This document shows, in pieces, positions 1-20,198 of a stretch of DNA of 64,000 nt. The stretch is from Amoebidium appalachense (taxonomy: Eukaryota > Protista > Ichthyosporea): contig CAVNZM010000017.1 of NCBI GenBank assembly GCA_963693365.1, positions 969,989-1,033,988 on the forward strand, in the 5' to 3' direction. The position numbers were made by a program, and so were the translations under genes. Every line of letters begins with the position of its first letter. The stretch's first letter is position 1. A model generated the notes under the pieces. That model was not told the origin of the DNA. It made no database searches and was given only the letters and a program-made list of their open reading frames with translations.

Positions 1-147
1 CTGGGCAAGCAGGCATGGATGACGTATGCAAAGGGCTGCTGCAGCACGTGCACGGGGCCATCAGCGCATATGATTGGTGGAGACGGCAGTCTGCAGTACG
101 TAGACTCACCAACAACCACAAATGTCGGTGTCTTATGCAAGCTTTAA
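1..147 (+). CDS. 3' end of a gene entering from the left; Cys-containing C-terminus of unknown family
   Basis: Frame 1 is open from base 1 to TAA at 145-147: LGKQAWMTYAKGCCSTCTGPSAHMIGGDGSLQYVDSPTTTNVGVLCKL*. It has coding-like composition and is followed by T-rich, 3'UTR-like sequence. Confidence 0.45.
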   Translation: MGKQAWMTYAKGCCSTCTGPSAHMIGGDGSLQYVDSPTTTNVGVLCKL

Positions 148-727
148 GGCTCCGTCACTATTGTGTTTATTAGTGTACATATCGTGTCTGCTTGGTGTGA
201 TTTGGCCGGGTTTTTATGTTTTTGTTCACTGCCGGTATATATCATACATAACCACTGTGGGAGATTTAAGGGAATTGTTAAGTGTGAATCCCTCTAATGT
301 TAAGTCCACATCGTACGCGTAACTCTTTCCCCCCTCCACCTGTCTTTATTACTGCATATTTCCGTTATATGCTCGCTTTACTTCGGTTTTTCTATCACGG
401 ACACAAGAAAAGCATTCAATTTCTGCCTTTTACTGAATGCACATGTATAAGACCAATCTTGTGTTCAGTTTTAAACCCCCAGGCACAACAAGCCGATGTA
501 TTCAATTTTTGATCAATAACACCATCGCTTTGAAGCCTAATTCGGCTAATAATTCGGCCATTCTATTCGCTAACCTAGATCGATAAAAAATGACTATCTA
601 TGTCACACAGATAAACCGGTGCAAACTCGGGAGCTTCATTTCTTAGAAATTCTCCTTCAATAATAAAAGCCGCAAGGTTTTCCACGTCTGACTTTCATGC
701 AATCAGATCCTGCTGTTAGTGTAACTC

Positions 728-774
<47 letters not shown>

Positions 775-899
775 AAAAAAAAAAAAAAGAAAAAGAAAAG
801 AAAGAAAGAAACACACACACACACCCCCTTGCACGATCGCATATGGCCATTACGTTTACCTGGGCATCATCCAGAACGCCTTATTGGAAACATGAGTGA

Positions 900-961
<62 letters not shown>

Positions 962-1405
962 GTGACACTGTGACTGTGTGTGTGCGTGTGTGTGTGTGTG
1001 CGTGTGTGACACTGTGACTGTGTGTGTGATATGTGTGTGTTCTTTCAAAATTTATTTATTTTTATCGTCTTATTTATTTTGGTTTGATGTGTGTGCATGT
1101 GCACGTGCATGATTGCAAGTGAACTGGGGCGGTCCGGAGAGAGCGGGCGTATGATTGTGTAGAGTTGCACAGGTGTGTGAGTGAGTATTTAGAGGGGCCA
1201 GATGCTTAGTGTTACAATGTGTGTGCGTGCATATGCATACGTGTGTGCGTGCGGGCGTGCGGGCGGGCGGGCGGCCGTGCATGCATGCGTGCGTGCGTGC
1301 GTGTGTGTGTGTGCAGTATGTATGTGTGTGTGCACGTCTGTCACGTGTGCATCGGTGTATGCACATGTGTGTGTGGCATGCGCAGGGTTTTTTTGTGTGT
1401 GTGCG

Positions 1406-1469
<64 letters not shown>

Positions 1470-1566
1470 ATGTGAATGTGTCTGTGGTGCACAGGGTATG
1501 ATCACGGTATAGTGTGTGTGTGTGTCTGTTTGTGTGTGTGTGTGTGTGTGTGTGTCTGTGTGTGTG

Positions 1567-1611
<45 letters not shown>

Positions 1612-1783
1612 CATGTTTTTGCATGCGCAACTGGCATGCTATCATCTAACTAATATATCGGGCCAAAGTTGAACAAGGCGGTGATGCATCAAATTCAGTG
1701 ACGAACTTGGAATACATATACACAGCACATAGTCAAGTTCGATTTCAGGCCCGATGAGACTTAGGCTCTTGAGCTCTAAAAAA

Positions 1784-1817
<34 letters not shown>

Positions 1818-1861
1818 AGGGGGCCAGAGATTTGGCGTTACCGTCTCTTCGCCGCCAACGG

Positions 1862-1903
1862 AATCTTGTACGCGGTAATCTTGCGCGCGGACGTAACCTG
1901 GTC

Positions 1904-1935
<32 letters not shown>

Positions 1936-1980
1936 AGGTGCACCAATCAGGTGAACTCACATAAAAATTTTGGCGGGAAA
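1862..1980 (+). promoter_or_regulatory. Promoter-like cluster: tandem AATCTTGYRCGCGG, CCAAT box and E2F-type site TTTGGCGGGAAA
   Basis: Motifs at 1862-1875 and 1877-1890, CCAAT at 1943, TTTGGCGGGAAA at 1969-1980. Lies upstream of the F-box/LRR exon. Function is inferred. Confidence 0.4.
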
Positions 1981-3579
1981 ATCTATCGAAGCTAACTATA
2001 TTATATTATTTTATTTCCGACAACTTTTCACAATGAACCAAAGCCGGTTTTCTAAGTAAAAACGAGTGAAACATGCACCTCTGAGCCCTTATATTTGCGC
2101 CTCGGCCCCGATCGGGTGAGGGCAGCCCTTACTCTGGCCCTTTCGGAAAGTGAGGCCAATCAGATGATCCGAATCTTGCAGGTAAGCCATATAAGGTTAC
2201 GCAGACAAATTCCAACGGGAATTCCGAACTAGTGTATCGGTCGGATCCACTTCGCGAGGTGACAGCATAAACCCCATGTAGGGATACATAGTTGGGTGTG
2301 AGAGCGAAACACAACTGTAACACGGAGGATTAGGTGAGGAGATAAGGCATAAGCACATAAATACCCTAGTACTAGCACGGGGTATTGTGAACATGTTTTA
2401 GACAAAATACAGTTTGTGCTTCTGTGGGGTCGACGCTGTTTAAATTGTTCGAAGATGAGTTCATCTCAGCGGGGTGCTGGTCTGCTGTTCGCACCACAAC
2501 CAGCAGGTTAGTTTTTTCCGTCCCTGTTTTTGAGTTTGCTCCCTCCAACCCCCCCCCCCCCCCCCCCCCCCCCATCTTTTTTTGCTGAATGGAGGAGTCA
2601 CTCGGCGATTCATACATAGACCTTACACACCTGTGGCCTGTTCTTGCCCGAACTAACGTACGTTTTCTTTTTTTGTGGTGGTTGTGTCAGATATTTCGCA
2701 GCTAACTATCAAACATCACTGTGCCTACTTTTTCCTGCGAATTTTTTCATGTCTTTATTTCCCTCGTTCCTTTTTTTTCTTGTTTGGACAGTGCCATCTA
2801 TACAGGCCTCGACTGCAATTATGCCTTGTAGATTGTGGTGATTTCTTATCCTATGTTCTTGGTTTGTTTATTTGTTTCTTTGGGCAGAATCCTGCGACCA
2901 GTTTATGATTCTTTTTCATGTTCAATTGCTGTTTCAAAGCGACCCACCTTCAACCTCCCTTTTCGCGTGCGAACACGCTAGTGCAAAAGACCATAGCCAA
3001 CCAACTATGGACGTCACAAGGGCACACATTGTTTGTTAACCTAACACACGCTTGAAAAAAAACTGTGTGTTGTCCCGTGCATACTTTCCAGTGATTCTTT
3101 TTAAGACACACACAAGCTCATAAGGATGCTATGAAGCGTCTGCACGTATTTAGTTCCCTGCACACACGACGTCTGCATACAGGCACACGTGCACACATCC
3201 ACCTGCAGGCAAACATGCACAGGCATGCACACGCAGACACACACACTCGAATGGGTGCAGCCTGTGTACGTGCACACCACACACCCATGTTAACATTGTA
3301 GCACACACGTGAGGTTGTGCGAGCGCACACAAGCACAAGTTCTGAATCATGTGGGCAATCATCAGATGGGTAGGCACTTGTTCACACGAGTTGCAGAGGA
3401 GAACACCTGTATAGGCATGCCATGCACCGGGAAAACGGGCATCTTTTGCGAAGTTTGTCTGCTAGAGAAGTATGAGCATAGACCAGACAAAAGGAAAATA
3501 ATTACCATCTACCTTGCTGCAACACACACACGTTCATGAATCCCGAATTCCTGCCTCTTTCGACCTCTCCCTCTCCCTT

Positions 3580-3620
<41 letters not shown>

Positions 3621-4127
3621 CTCTCTCCCTCCCTTTCTCCCTCCGGCCGTCCCTACCTCCCTACCCCACCACCCCCTCCTCCCGGTTTCTCTCTCTCTCC
3701 CCCTCTCCTTTCCTCCCTCCCTGTCTACCTCCGTCATCCCCCCCCCCCCCCCCTCCCCCCTCCCTCCTTCCCCTCCCTCCCTCGCTCCCCCCTCCCTCCC
3801 TCCATCTCATCCTCTCCAGCTCCCTCCGTCTGCCCCTCTCTCCCCCCGCCCCACCCCCCCTCCCCACCGCCCCGCCGCCCCTCCCCTCGGTTTCTCCCTC
3901 CCTCCTTCCCTCCCTCCCTCCCTCCCCACCTTCCTCCCTCCCTCCCTGCCCGCCCTGTCGAACACAAAATATACGGGTCCCGATAAGCACACATCTGCAT
4001 GCTCACCATCGCACTCACAGTGACACACACTCCGGCTTCTTCTCCGGGTCACACTAGTCCCCACCCCAATCACCCCAACCACACATTTTCGTTATTCTCA
4101 CAAAAAACTAATGCACTCCTTCCCCAG

Positions 4128-5977
4128 ATTCCCCCCTAGCGCACCTCCCCCCCGAGATTGTTCTACGTATCATCCAGTATTTGCAAATATCCGACCGTAA
4201 CAATTTTTCGCTGGTCTGCCGCCGCTTTTGCGCCCTTGCGCGGTCCCCCCAGGCCGGCCTCGTGAAACTATTCATTCCCGGACCGTCTTGGTCAGGTCGG
4301 GTTACCGGTGTGTCTTTCCGACATCGAAATGTGGACAGTTTCAAGCCGTGGCACGCAGCAATAAGCAGCCTGTGGGTCGAAATGAACCATGATTTTGTCG
4401 ACCCTGGGGTCGAATTTGAACGAATCATGGAGATATGCAACCAGGCCGCCGCGGCATTTCCAAACGTGAACACTCTGTCCTTCCACGCATACGATGATTT
4501 AAACTATGCAGAGGAAAATGAGGACCCTATTGTGCCGGCGACCCATAACCGGGTGTTTGAAATATTCGGGCCCAGGCTCAAACACGTCGATTTAGGCTTC
4601 GGCAAACTGGGGAGCGATGTGTTGTGCGAACGGCTAAAGTCGGCATGGGAGAAATGCCCAAATATGGAATCCTTCAAGATCTGGGCCGAAGAACTTTTGA
4701 ATTTTCCGGAGGTTTCTGCGAGACCCCTCTTAAGGCGCGCAACCATTCGAGGGACACAATATCTCGATGCTTCGTTTCTGCGGGGTTTTCTGGAGACATG
4801 CCCTAAATTGGAACGGTTGGTATTGTACTTGCCAAATCAGGAGAGGCTCGGCGATGCCGTTGTAATCGACCTGTCGGCGCTGGAAATGTGCCCGGAGATG
4901 ACGCACTTGGACGTTGTAAATACGGAGGATGTGATTGGCCTCCCGCACCTTCCTAATTTGGAAGTTTTACGGATCGAAACGAAAGCGACGGCCGAATTCT
5001 TCGGGGTGGCGTCGTGTCGGAAATTGCGAAAGATTGACATCAAGTGTAAGGAACTCACAGGGGATTTTCCATTTTTGGCAACGGACCGCCTCGAATTTCT
5101 CTGTTTGTGGTTAAGTCGCAACACCAATCGTTTTGGGCTGGCCAATGGTCCTGGCGCGTTTTTGGAAAATCACTGCAAGACGGTTCGGTCGCTCGCGTTT
5201 AGAAAAATGGTTTTCAACTTTTCGGCGATTCGCGAATTTGCGCAGTTGGAAGAGCTGTGCCTAAGCACGTGCCGAAGTTCAGACGGGTCGAACGGCGTGT
5301 TCTCCTTAGACCACCACCCCAAGCTCCGAAAGGTGAATTTTGAGGGGATCCATGGGTTAAATCGTATTCACGCAAGCACCCCCCACGAAAAATTGTCGGC
5401 TCTTCGCGTGTTCAACTGCAATGCACTCCGTGACGTAAGCGCCATCTCCAAGTCTCCTAACCTCGAAACCGTACAACTCTATGGTGTGCCATCCCTCGAC
5501 CTCGGAAAATTCACACCCCCGCCTTCCATTGTCGAGCTTGAGGTGTCCAACGTTCGCGGGCCCAAGTTGTTCCCCCTAAACTACCAGAAATTGCGCAAGT
5601 TGGTGTTGTGCGATTGCCCGGAGTTGGAACGTCTCTGGTGCAAAGACAACATTTTCGCTCCGTCCCTGCGTGAAATTTCAATTTTCCGCTGTGGCCGCCT
5701 GGTCGACATTAGCGCACTGATGCACATTCCAACGATCGAGACACTGCAAATGCACGGAGTGGGCGCGCTTGAAACCCTCGAGGATATCAGGGGCCACCCT
5801 AACATATCCGACATTGACATTAAAGAATCTCCGGATCTAGATCTGAGGGCGCTGGTCACGTGTCCAAAGATCACGATGGAAATGGTGGACCGCCGCCTTA
5901 ATTGCTTTAACGCTAATGGCATGAAGTATCGCTATGCAGAGCTGAAGATTGCTATGCTCGAGCGCTCAGTCGCAAAG
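4128..5977 (+). CDS. F-box / leucine-rich-repeat protein, main exon (first exon not resolved; possible last exon 6241-6270)
   Basis: Branch-like ACTAAT and acceptor CCCCAG ending at 4127. Then SPLAHLPPEIVLRIIQYLQISDRNNFSLVCRRFCALAR (F-box), followed by many LxxLxLxxC-type LRRs (LPNLEVLRI, LRKLVLCDCPELERL, LREISIFRCGRLVDISAL). Donor AAG|GTAAC at 5977/5978. Confidence 0.85.
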
Positions 5978-6164
5978 GTAACACCCTCCCCCCCCCCTCT
6001 CTCTCTCTCTCCCCCTTCCCCCCCCCCCCCCCCTTCCCCCCCCCCCTTCCCCCCCCCCCCCCTCCCCCCCCCCCCCCCCCCCCCCCCCCCCGGAAAAAAA
6101 AAAAGGAAAGAAAGAAGGAAAGAAAAAAGAAAAGAGGCAAAGGTAACCTCCCTCCCTCTCTCTT

Positions 6165-6201
<37 letters not shown>

Positions 6202-6311
6202 CCCCTCCCCCCCCAACTTCCCCCCGTTCAAGTGAAGCAGTATCTGAGTTGGGTTTCGTCGACAAGGTGAATGGAGCGATGATGATGACGTGTGTCCCTC
6301 CCTCCCCCCCC

Positions 6312-6342
<31 letters not shown>

Positions 6343-6723
6343 ACACACCCACCCATCCACCCAAGGATGGCTTTGCTTATTATGCATACTCTTTATGTGT
6401 GGTTTGCACTCTGCATTGTTGTGTTGTCCGTTGAAAGAGTGTACTCTGTACTTTATGGCCCATTCAACCCCTCCCCCCCCCCCCCCCCCAAAAAAAAAAA
6501 AAAAAAAAAAACCCTCCTCCCCCCCCCCCCCCCCCCCCCCCCACCTCCTCCCATGCTTCTATGTCCTAAACACATATGATGCACACAGTTCAACAACCAA
6601 ACCAGCTATGTATGAACTTAAGAGCCCTGCGATCCGGTGCAAGGAACCGTGGCAAGGGAAAAACGTTGGTGGCATGAGTAGGGGGGGGGGGGGGGGGGGG
6701 GGTGTCTACTGTCTACTGGTCCC

Positions 6724-6754
<31 letters not shown>

Positions 6755-6865
6755 AGAAGAGGGGAAGGGGGCGCTCGAGGATGTGGGGTAGGGAGGTTCT
6801 TTTTTGAGGGTCGAGGGGGGGAAAAGGGGGCGGGGAGGGAGGGTGTGTGTGTGTGTGTGTGTGTG

Positions 6866-6900
<35 letters not shown>

Positions 6901-7594
6901 CTTTATATGGGAGGGTGAGAGTATTGGGAATGGGGAAGGAGGAAGGACCCCCTGGAAGGGAGATGGGGGGGGGAGGGGGGGGGGGGGGGGGGGGGGGGGG
7001 GCTCTGTCAAACAAAGACTATATTTTCTCCTCACTGCAACCACTCCCGTCTTTGCTGTTGCATACTTGAATGTTTGCCTCTGCATGTGCCCTGCACCTTA
7101 TGTCTCATGGGTGTAGTTGTATAACGTACCGTGTTCCTGATTCTAATAACCACCACCAACCCCCCCCCCCCACCCCTCCCTCCCCCTCCCCCCCCCCCCC
7201 TCCCCCGCCGCCGCCTTTCCCGCTCTCTCCCTCACTCACTCACTCCAACCCCCCCCCCCCCCCTCCCCCCTTCTCCCCATTGTTTTTCTTTCCCGTCCTC
7301 CCTCCTTCTTTCCCTCACTCACTCCCCTTCCCCCCGCCCCCTTCCCACCCATCACACCCTCTCTATCCCCACCTACTCTTATCCCTTCTTCCCCCCTCCC
7401 TCACCCCCTCAGTATCGAACAGAGTCCCGTGAGTGCAAGTGTCGGTGAAGGGCTTTGGCCGATATGCTACCATATCAACCTTCAAAGTGAATTTGCATCT
7501 GTTTTTTTTTTTTTTTTTTTTTTTTTTAACCCTTTTTTTCCCCTTTTTCTTTTTCTTTTTTTATTATATTTTTTCCTTTCTTCCTTTTTTTTTT

Positions 7595-7639
<45 letters not shown>

Positions 7640-7997
7640 ATATTATGTCGACAATGTTTATTCATTACTGAACTGAATACAAATGGTTACTTTTCCTCCA
7701 GCCATCCCCCCCCCCCCCCCCCAAACCCCCCCCCCCAAACCCCCCCCCCCCAAAAAAAACAAACAAACAAACAAACAATGTTTTTCATTGCAGGTAATGT
7801 GTCTTTACATTGTAGATTTAGACTGTGTGTTGATCGTGTACAAGCAGATCTGATCCCAGGGGTTTCAGGCTATATATATATACATATATATCTTGATATT
7901 AATTTTAGGTTGTTCTAGCCCATGTTGCACTGAATAAAAATTACAAGTGCTTGTAGGTAGAGCTATTATGACAGACTGTGATGTGATTCATGACACT

Positions 7998-8034
<37 letters not shown>

Positions 8035-8602
8035 CTAAATTTGAGTTTTTTTTTTCCGAAACTGAAAAATCCATCCGCAGTGAACTAGACAGGAAACCCT
8101 AAATACTTAAGTTTAGATTTTTATTGAGATGACCCCCTGTGGGGGGGGGGGGGGGGGGGGGGGGTTGTGGGAAGTGGTGTATGATATGCACAAACATGTA
8201 TTATGTATGCATAACATGATGTGATTTTTGCAGTTGATGTATGTGTCTGTATGTGTGTGTGTGTATGTTCGTTTATCAGCGTGGCTCTCCGGCCAATTCA
8301 CATCGTTATGCCTATTTACTTTAATGTTACAGTATGGTACTTCAGATATAATCTTATAAATACAGTTTATATATGTACCCTATCCTTATATGCGGTAGGA
8401 AGAGGATTGAAATGGCTATTCCCCCCCCCCCCCCCCCCCCCCCCCTTCCCCCTCCCCCCAGAAATAACCAAATAAACAAATAAATCAACCCCCAGAAATA
8501 ACCAAATAAACAAATAAATCAAAATAAAATAAAAATATAGTAAAATAAAAGCGAAAATTAAAAATAAATATAATTTGATTATTTTGATAGGCTGCACTTT
8601 TT

Positions 8603-15237
<6,635 letters not shown>

Positions 15238-16103
15238 TTTCTCACTCGCGCTCCCTCACGTGCGCAGCTGCGTGTGTGTGTTGCGCGTGTGTGCATGTAC
15301 CAGATGTTTCTCAGGCAAGCACCCACAAACGTGCGTGTGGTCACGTGTGCGTAGGTGGTGAATTTACTAGAGTGCACATGAATGACGTAAGCGAAAAGGG
15401 GGGTTATGCTCCGTGCGTGTGTGGAAAAAACACGTGGATTTGTGTCTCTGGACTGTTCAACTTGCTCGATCAGTTTTGACTGACTTGCCCCAACAAATAG
15501 AATTAACCAATAGGAACAAAGCTTGGTCATCTTAATTTCTATCCTATTGGTAGCTCATACTTACCATATATGGCTATTATTTGGTTCAGGATCCAATAGG
15601 AGCCGAGATACTGGGTAGCCCACGTCGCACCGTACTCCTGAGTGATTCGGATATGTGTGCAATACGTGCTGTCAGCATTCGTCATTGTTGTTGGTGTGTT
15701 GTGCCGTGCCTATAAATGCCGAGAAACTTTGCGTTTTCTCTCACAAAAGAGCGTCATTACTACATCTATAGTCCTGCAATACAATAGCTCTAATGCTCAT
15801 AGTTAGTACTGATATATGGATCCTGGTATGTTCGGATGCATAGTCTGCATATACCTTTCTGTTGGGGCAAAACAGGGTTAAGTGCTGAGCTCAGCAAAAA
15901 CAGTTTTGTTTGTGGGAAGTCTGTCTAACTTCACCATCTGTGAACAGAGGTTAAAAAAAGTTCACTCCTTCGTTTACCGTTCATTCCCCAGACTTTTTGT
16001 AACACGTTTATCCACTTTCTTTCAGTGTGAAGAACGAAACCCAAACAAAAAATTTCAACACAACCTTGTCCCAACTTTCGAGTTCTCAAGCGAACGCGTA
16101 ACC

Positions 16104-16457
16104 ATGACGCCCCTCTCCCTCCTCCTCCTCCTCTCCCCTCTCACCATGCTCCCCCTCTCCCTCTCCGCCCCCGTCTACCCCTTCGACGTGTCAAGTGTTC
16201 TGGAGACAGCCGCACGCATGGAACACCAACAAGAAATGCGTCCGGAGGGGGTGGAGGTTCGTCCGGCCGGAGGGGCGACACTTGAACTTCCAAAGAGTTG
16301 GGAGGATGAAAATGACTTTGGGCTGCTTCTGTTTGGGCCGCGCTCCGAGCCTACTGCGACGTTTGTGCTTGCCGGGCCCACCCCTGAGCCTACGCCGACG
16401 CCCACGGCTATTCTGTTTGATGTGTATGAGGTTCTCGAGGCTGGATATTTTGACTGA
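16104..16457 (+). CDS. Small intronless secreted protein (~117 aa), acidic with a Pro/Thr-rich segment, unknown family
   Basis: ACCATG start, hydrophobic signal MTPLSLLLLLSPLTMLPLSLSA-PV, PTPEPTPTPT linker, TGA at 16455-16457. TATAAA near 15711, in a microsatellite-free island. Confidence 0.55.
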   Translation: MTPLSLLLLLSPLTMLPLSLSAPVYPFDVSSVLETAARMEHQQEMRPEGVEVRPAGGATLELPKSWEDENDFGLLLFGPRSEPTATFVLAGPTPEPTPTPTAILFDVYEVLEAGYFD

Positions 16458-17331
16458 GATGTAAATATGTGAAATGTATTCACTCACTGTGTTTGGAGAT
16501 GCAAGTTGTAGTTAAATTTGTGTCTTTTGCCGTGAAATTTTGACAAAGGCAGAGGGTGTTACAATCGTGCATGTTGGTTGTTTTCTTTGTTTTGCGTCTC
16601 GAAGTCCGTATTTCATTTCATGCATTATACATGCACGTGAAAATGATGTCGAACACATGACATGTAAACCTGAACATGAAGGAACTTATGTGCTAATGTA
16701 ATGCACATGTGGCTTATGTTTTTTTTCATTTTCTATTTTTGCAATTTGATGATGATCCGGGCCACCAAACCGTGCAACTACACCGGCACCATGCATCATG
16801 ACAGGTCATCATAATGCATACAAATGAACCAAAACTGGAGGTAGCTATCATACTCTATAGCAAAACATGACCCAGAATACTCTATGCAATTTGAAAGGCG
16901 GGTCCCCCACCCTCCCCCCCCCCCCCCCCCCCCCCCCGTTCTCCCCCCCCCGGGGCCACCTTCCTGAACACTTACTACATATGGCATTATCCAATCGCAG
17001 CTAAAACTGCACATGGCTCGTGGATGCTACAATGTGGTTGGAAATGGTATTGCTAGTCAGTTTGCTGAGTCACTCGATGAATGGAACAAAAGTTTTCATT
17101 TTTAGTATAGTTTCTGATGACGCTGTTCAGAAGCTTCATGGTTCACAGAGGAGGGGGAAAGAGGGGCAGAAATGAGGGGTAAGGGGACAGGGTGATGGGG
17201 GAGGGGGGGGGGGGGGGGGGAGAAGTTCAGTTGCACGTCAGGCTCAAGGTATTACAAGATGGCGGGTGAGGGGGATTGTGTGCGTGCGTGTGCGTGTGTG
17301 GGTGGGTGGGTGGGTTGGTACGGGTGTGTGT

Positions 17332-17380
<49 letters not shown>

Positions 17381-18416
17381 TGTAGTGATAGGGGAATCGA
17401 GTCGAGCGGAATCGAGGGGTTCTGCTCTACAGCTGAATTTTTAATTAAAAAAATGTTGGTGGCCCCGGAGGGGGAATGGGGTGCATGGTGGTGGGCCGGG
17501 CGGTGGAGCTCCGATGAATGTGGGGTATATGGATCAACGGCAGGCCACTAGACACCAGGCACGTACATACGCACACACACATGCACACTGCAAAGAAGGC
17601 GGTGGCTGGCTGGCCAGGTGTGCTTGTGTGGTGTGTGTGTGTTGTGTGTGTGTGTGTGTGTGTGCGTGTGTGTGTGTGCGTGTGTGTATGTGCGCGCGAG
17701 CGCGCGCGTGTATGCCTGCGTGTGTGTTTGAAGGGGGGAAGGGGGGGGGGGGGGGGGGGGGGGATGTGTTCTATAATGCAACTTTGTTGTGTATCTAAAA
17801 TCATCAGGCTCAGTGACATGCTTACGCTAGCTTGGTTTTCCAACTCCCCCCCCCTCCCCCCTTCCCCCCCCCAGCCCCCCCCCCCACCTCCCCCTTTTCC
17901 CCACGTTCCAACCACCGAGGCCTCGTGTTCGTCTCCCCTCTCCTCTACTCCCCTTGAAATCTCATATTGAGACTGCAACCTCAATTGTTACTCAGGCTCC
18001 CTCTATAATATATGTTTTCTGTTTTTTACCTTTTTTTTTCCCGTTTTGCTCTCGGAGTGACCACCCTGGGGGCCTTCATAGGAACCGCGCCGTAGCTAGT
18101 ATTCCACTACACCACCGTGACTATTCCCTATTAAGAATGCTAAAAGTGCAATCAGCTAGTTTAAAACTAACTTTAAAACTAACCGTTGACACTGTTACCA
18201 ATCCTAACTATCTGTACACACTCGGTTAGCCCAGGGTTTACAATTACAGCTCTACTATACATGAGCCTGCCCACTTTCGTATTCCCCCCCCCCTAGGGTT
18301 TTTATTCCAGACGCAACCTCCCTCAACCCCCTCCCAACCGCAACTTGGGCGTACAGTTCTTTCTAGAGTCGACCACGAGGCAATCAATCCCTCTTTCTCT
18401 CTGCCTTTTCCACCAC

Positions 18417-18582
<166 letters not shown>

Positions 18583-18612
18583 CGCCTCCTGCACCAAGCT
18601 GCAGTAGTTTAA

Positions 18613-19104
18613 GGGCCCAACCGCATTGGCTGAGTCAACTTGCTCCGAGCAGAATTATTCTGCAAGAAGCAGAATTATTCTGCAAAAGCAGAATCATTCT
18701 GCAAAAAGCAGAATCATTCTGGAAACAGCAGAATCAATCTGCAAAAAGCAGAATCAATCTGCTAAAAGCAGAATTATTCTGCTAAGAGCAGAATATTTCT
18801 GCAGTTGAAAGCAGAATAGTTCTGCTTTTTGCGGAATATTTCTGCTAAAAGCAGAATAATTCTGCCAAAAGCAGAATAATTCCGCTAAAAGCAGAGTGAT
18901 TCTGCTAAAAGCAGAATTATTCTGCTGTTGAAAGCAGAATGATTCTGCATTTTTGCGGAATAATTCTGCCAATTTTGCAGAGTGATTCTGCTTTTGCAGA
19001 ATAATTCTGCTTTTTGCAAAATAATTCTGCTTTTGCAGAATGATTCCGCTTTTGCAGAATAATTCTGATTTTTGCAAGTTGACTCTGCCGATGTGGTTGG
19101 GTCC
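18613..19104. mobile_element. Foldback/MITE-like element, copy 1: ~30-bp imperfect TIRs enclosing ~19-20-bp palindromic repeats GCAGAATnATTCTGC(AAAA/TTTT)
   Basis: Left end GGGCCCAACCGCATTGGCTGAGTCAACTTGC; right end GCAAGTTGACTCTGCCGATGTGGTTGGGTCC (reverse complements with mismatches). Internal linkers switch from A-rich to T-rich. Confidence 0.75.
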
Positions 19105-19577
19105 TTAGTTTTCGGGTCCATACCCCCTCCCTAATGCCTACTACCTTGAAACCCCTTCTCTTCCTCCAATTTGCAGAAACATAACCTTTGAGAAACACCT
19201 AAAAAGCCCGGTAATACAGAACATAATATGCGGAGCATTGTTCATATCCGATATTATAGGACCTCCCCCTCCCCTCCCCCCCAAACACACACACACACAC
19301 ACGAGCGGAGAGAATCGGGTTGGTGGTCTCCTCCTCTTCCCCCCAGCCCAGAGAAAGGAACAGAAGAAAGTAAAGAAATAAACTACAAACACGAGCATTA
19401 CACACAGATCCTTTCCCCCCCCCCCCCCCCCCCCCCCAGTCCTTCCCCCCCTTCCCCTCTTCCCCCCCACCCTTCCCTAATGGCAAACACATCAAGGCAC
19501 ACGCACACACCGCATGCACAAATCTGCCAACACACACACACACCGTGGCACAGACACATACACACACACAAATCCGG

Positions 19578-19652
<75 letters not shown>

Positions 19653-19687
19653 GCACACGCACGCACGCACGCACGCACGCACACGCA

Positions 19688-19745
<58 letters not shown>

Positions 19746-20198
19746 CAGACAGACACGCACACACACCTAAATACCAATAATTAGGCGTTCAAATCCGTGT
19801 GTGTGTGCGTCGTGTGGGGGGGGTAATAAGTTCGAGAGTGCACCGATGATCCTGACGCAAGGATCATATAAATATGGATAATAAACTACTATAAGACTTC
19901 ATAAATTATACACTCCCTCGCCGCCCCCCGTGCAACGTGACCTACTGAAAAATCGAGGGTCACCCAAAAATACAGAATTTTATCCAGGATTCCGCATGTA
20001 ATAATTCCTGAATACGTGAGCCTAGATTCAGAGACCATGACTTGCAAATTAAATGCAGTAACTTCTAAACTATTTTTTTTGTAATACAGTGCTTCCCCCC
20101 TCCCCCTCTCCCCGGTGCACACACACTTCTGAAACACACGCACCGCCGCCACAACAGTGTCATCCACTAACTCCGGATCCCACTGGAGCTGTAGGGCA

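Noticed and set aside
2034-2187. Candidate first exon of the F-box gene
   Set aside because: The ATG near 2034 is closed by TAA, and the ATG at 2164 with donor 2182 is phase 0, incompatible with the phase-1 acceptor at 4127.
5978-6235. Poly-Pro/Lys tail of the 684-aa ORF and its TTG start at 4181
   Set aside because: The tail is read-through into an intron after the GTAAC donor. The F-box starts upstream of 4181, at the acceptor ending at 4127.
15882-16103. N-terminal extension of the 191-aa ORF
   Set aside because: Non-ATG start and UTR-like composition; the signal peptide begins at ATG 16104.
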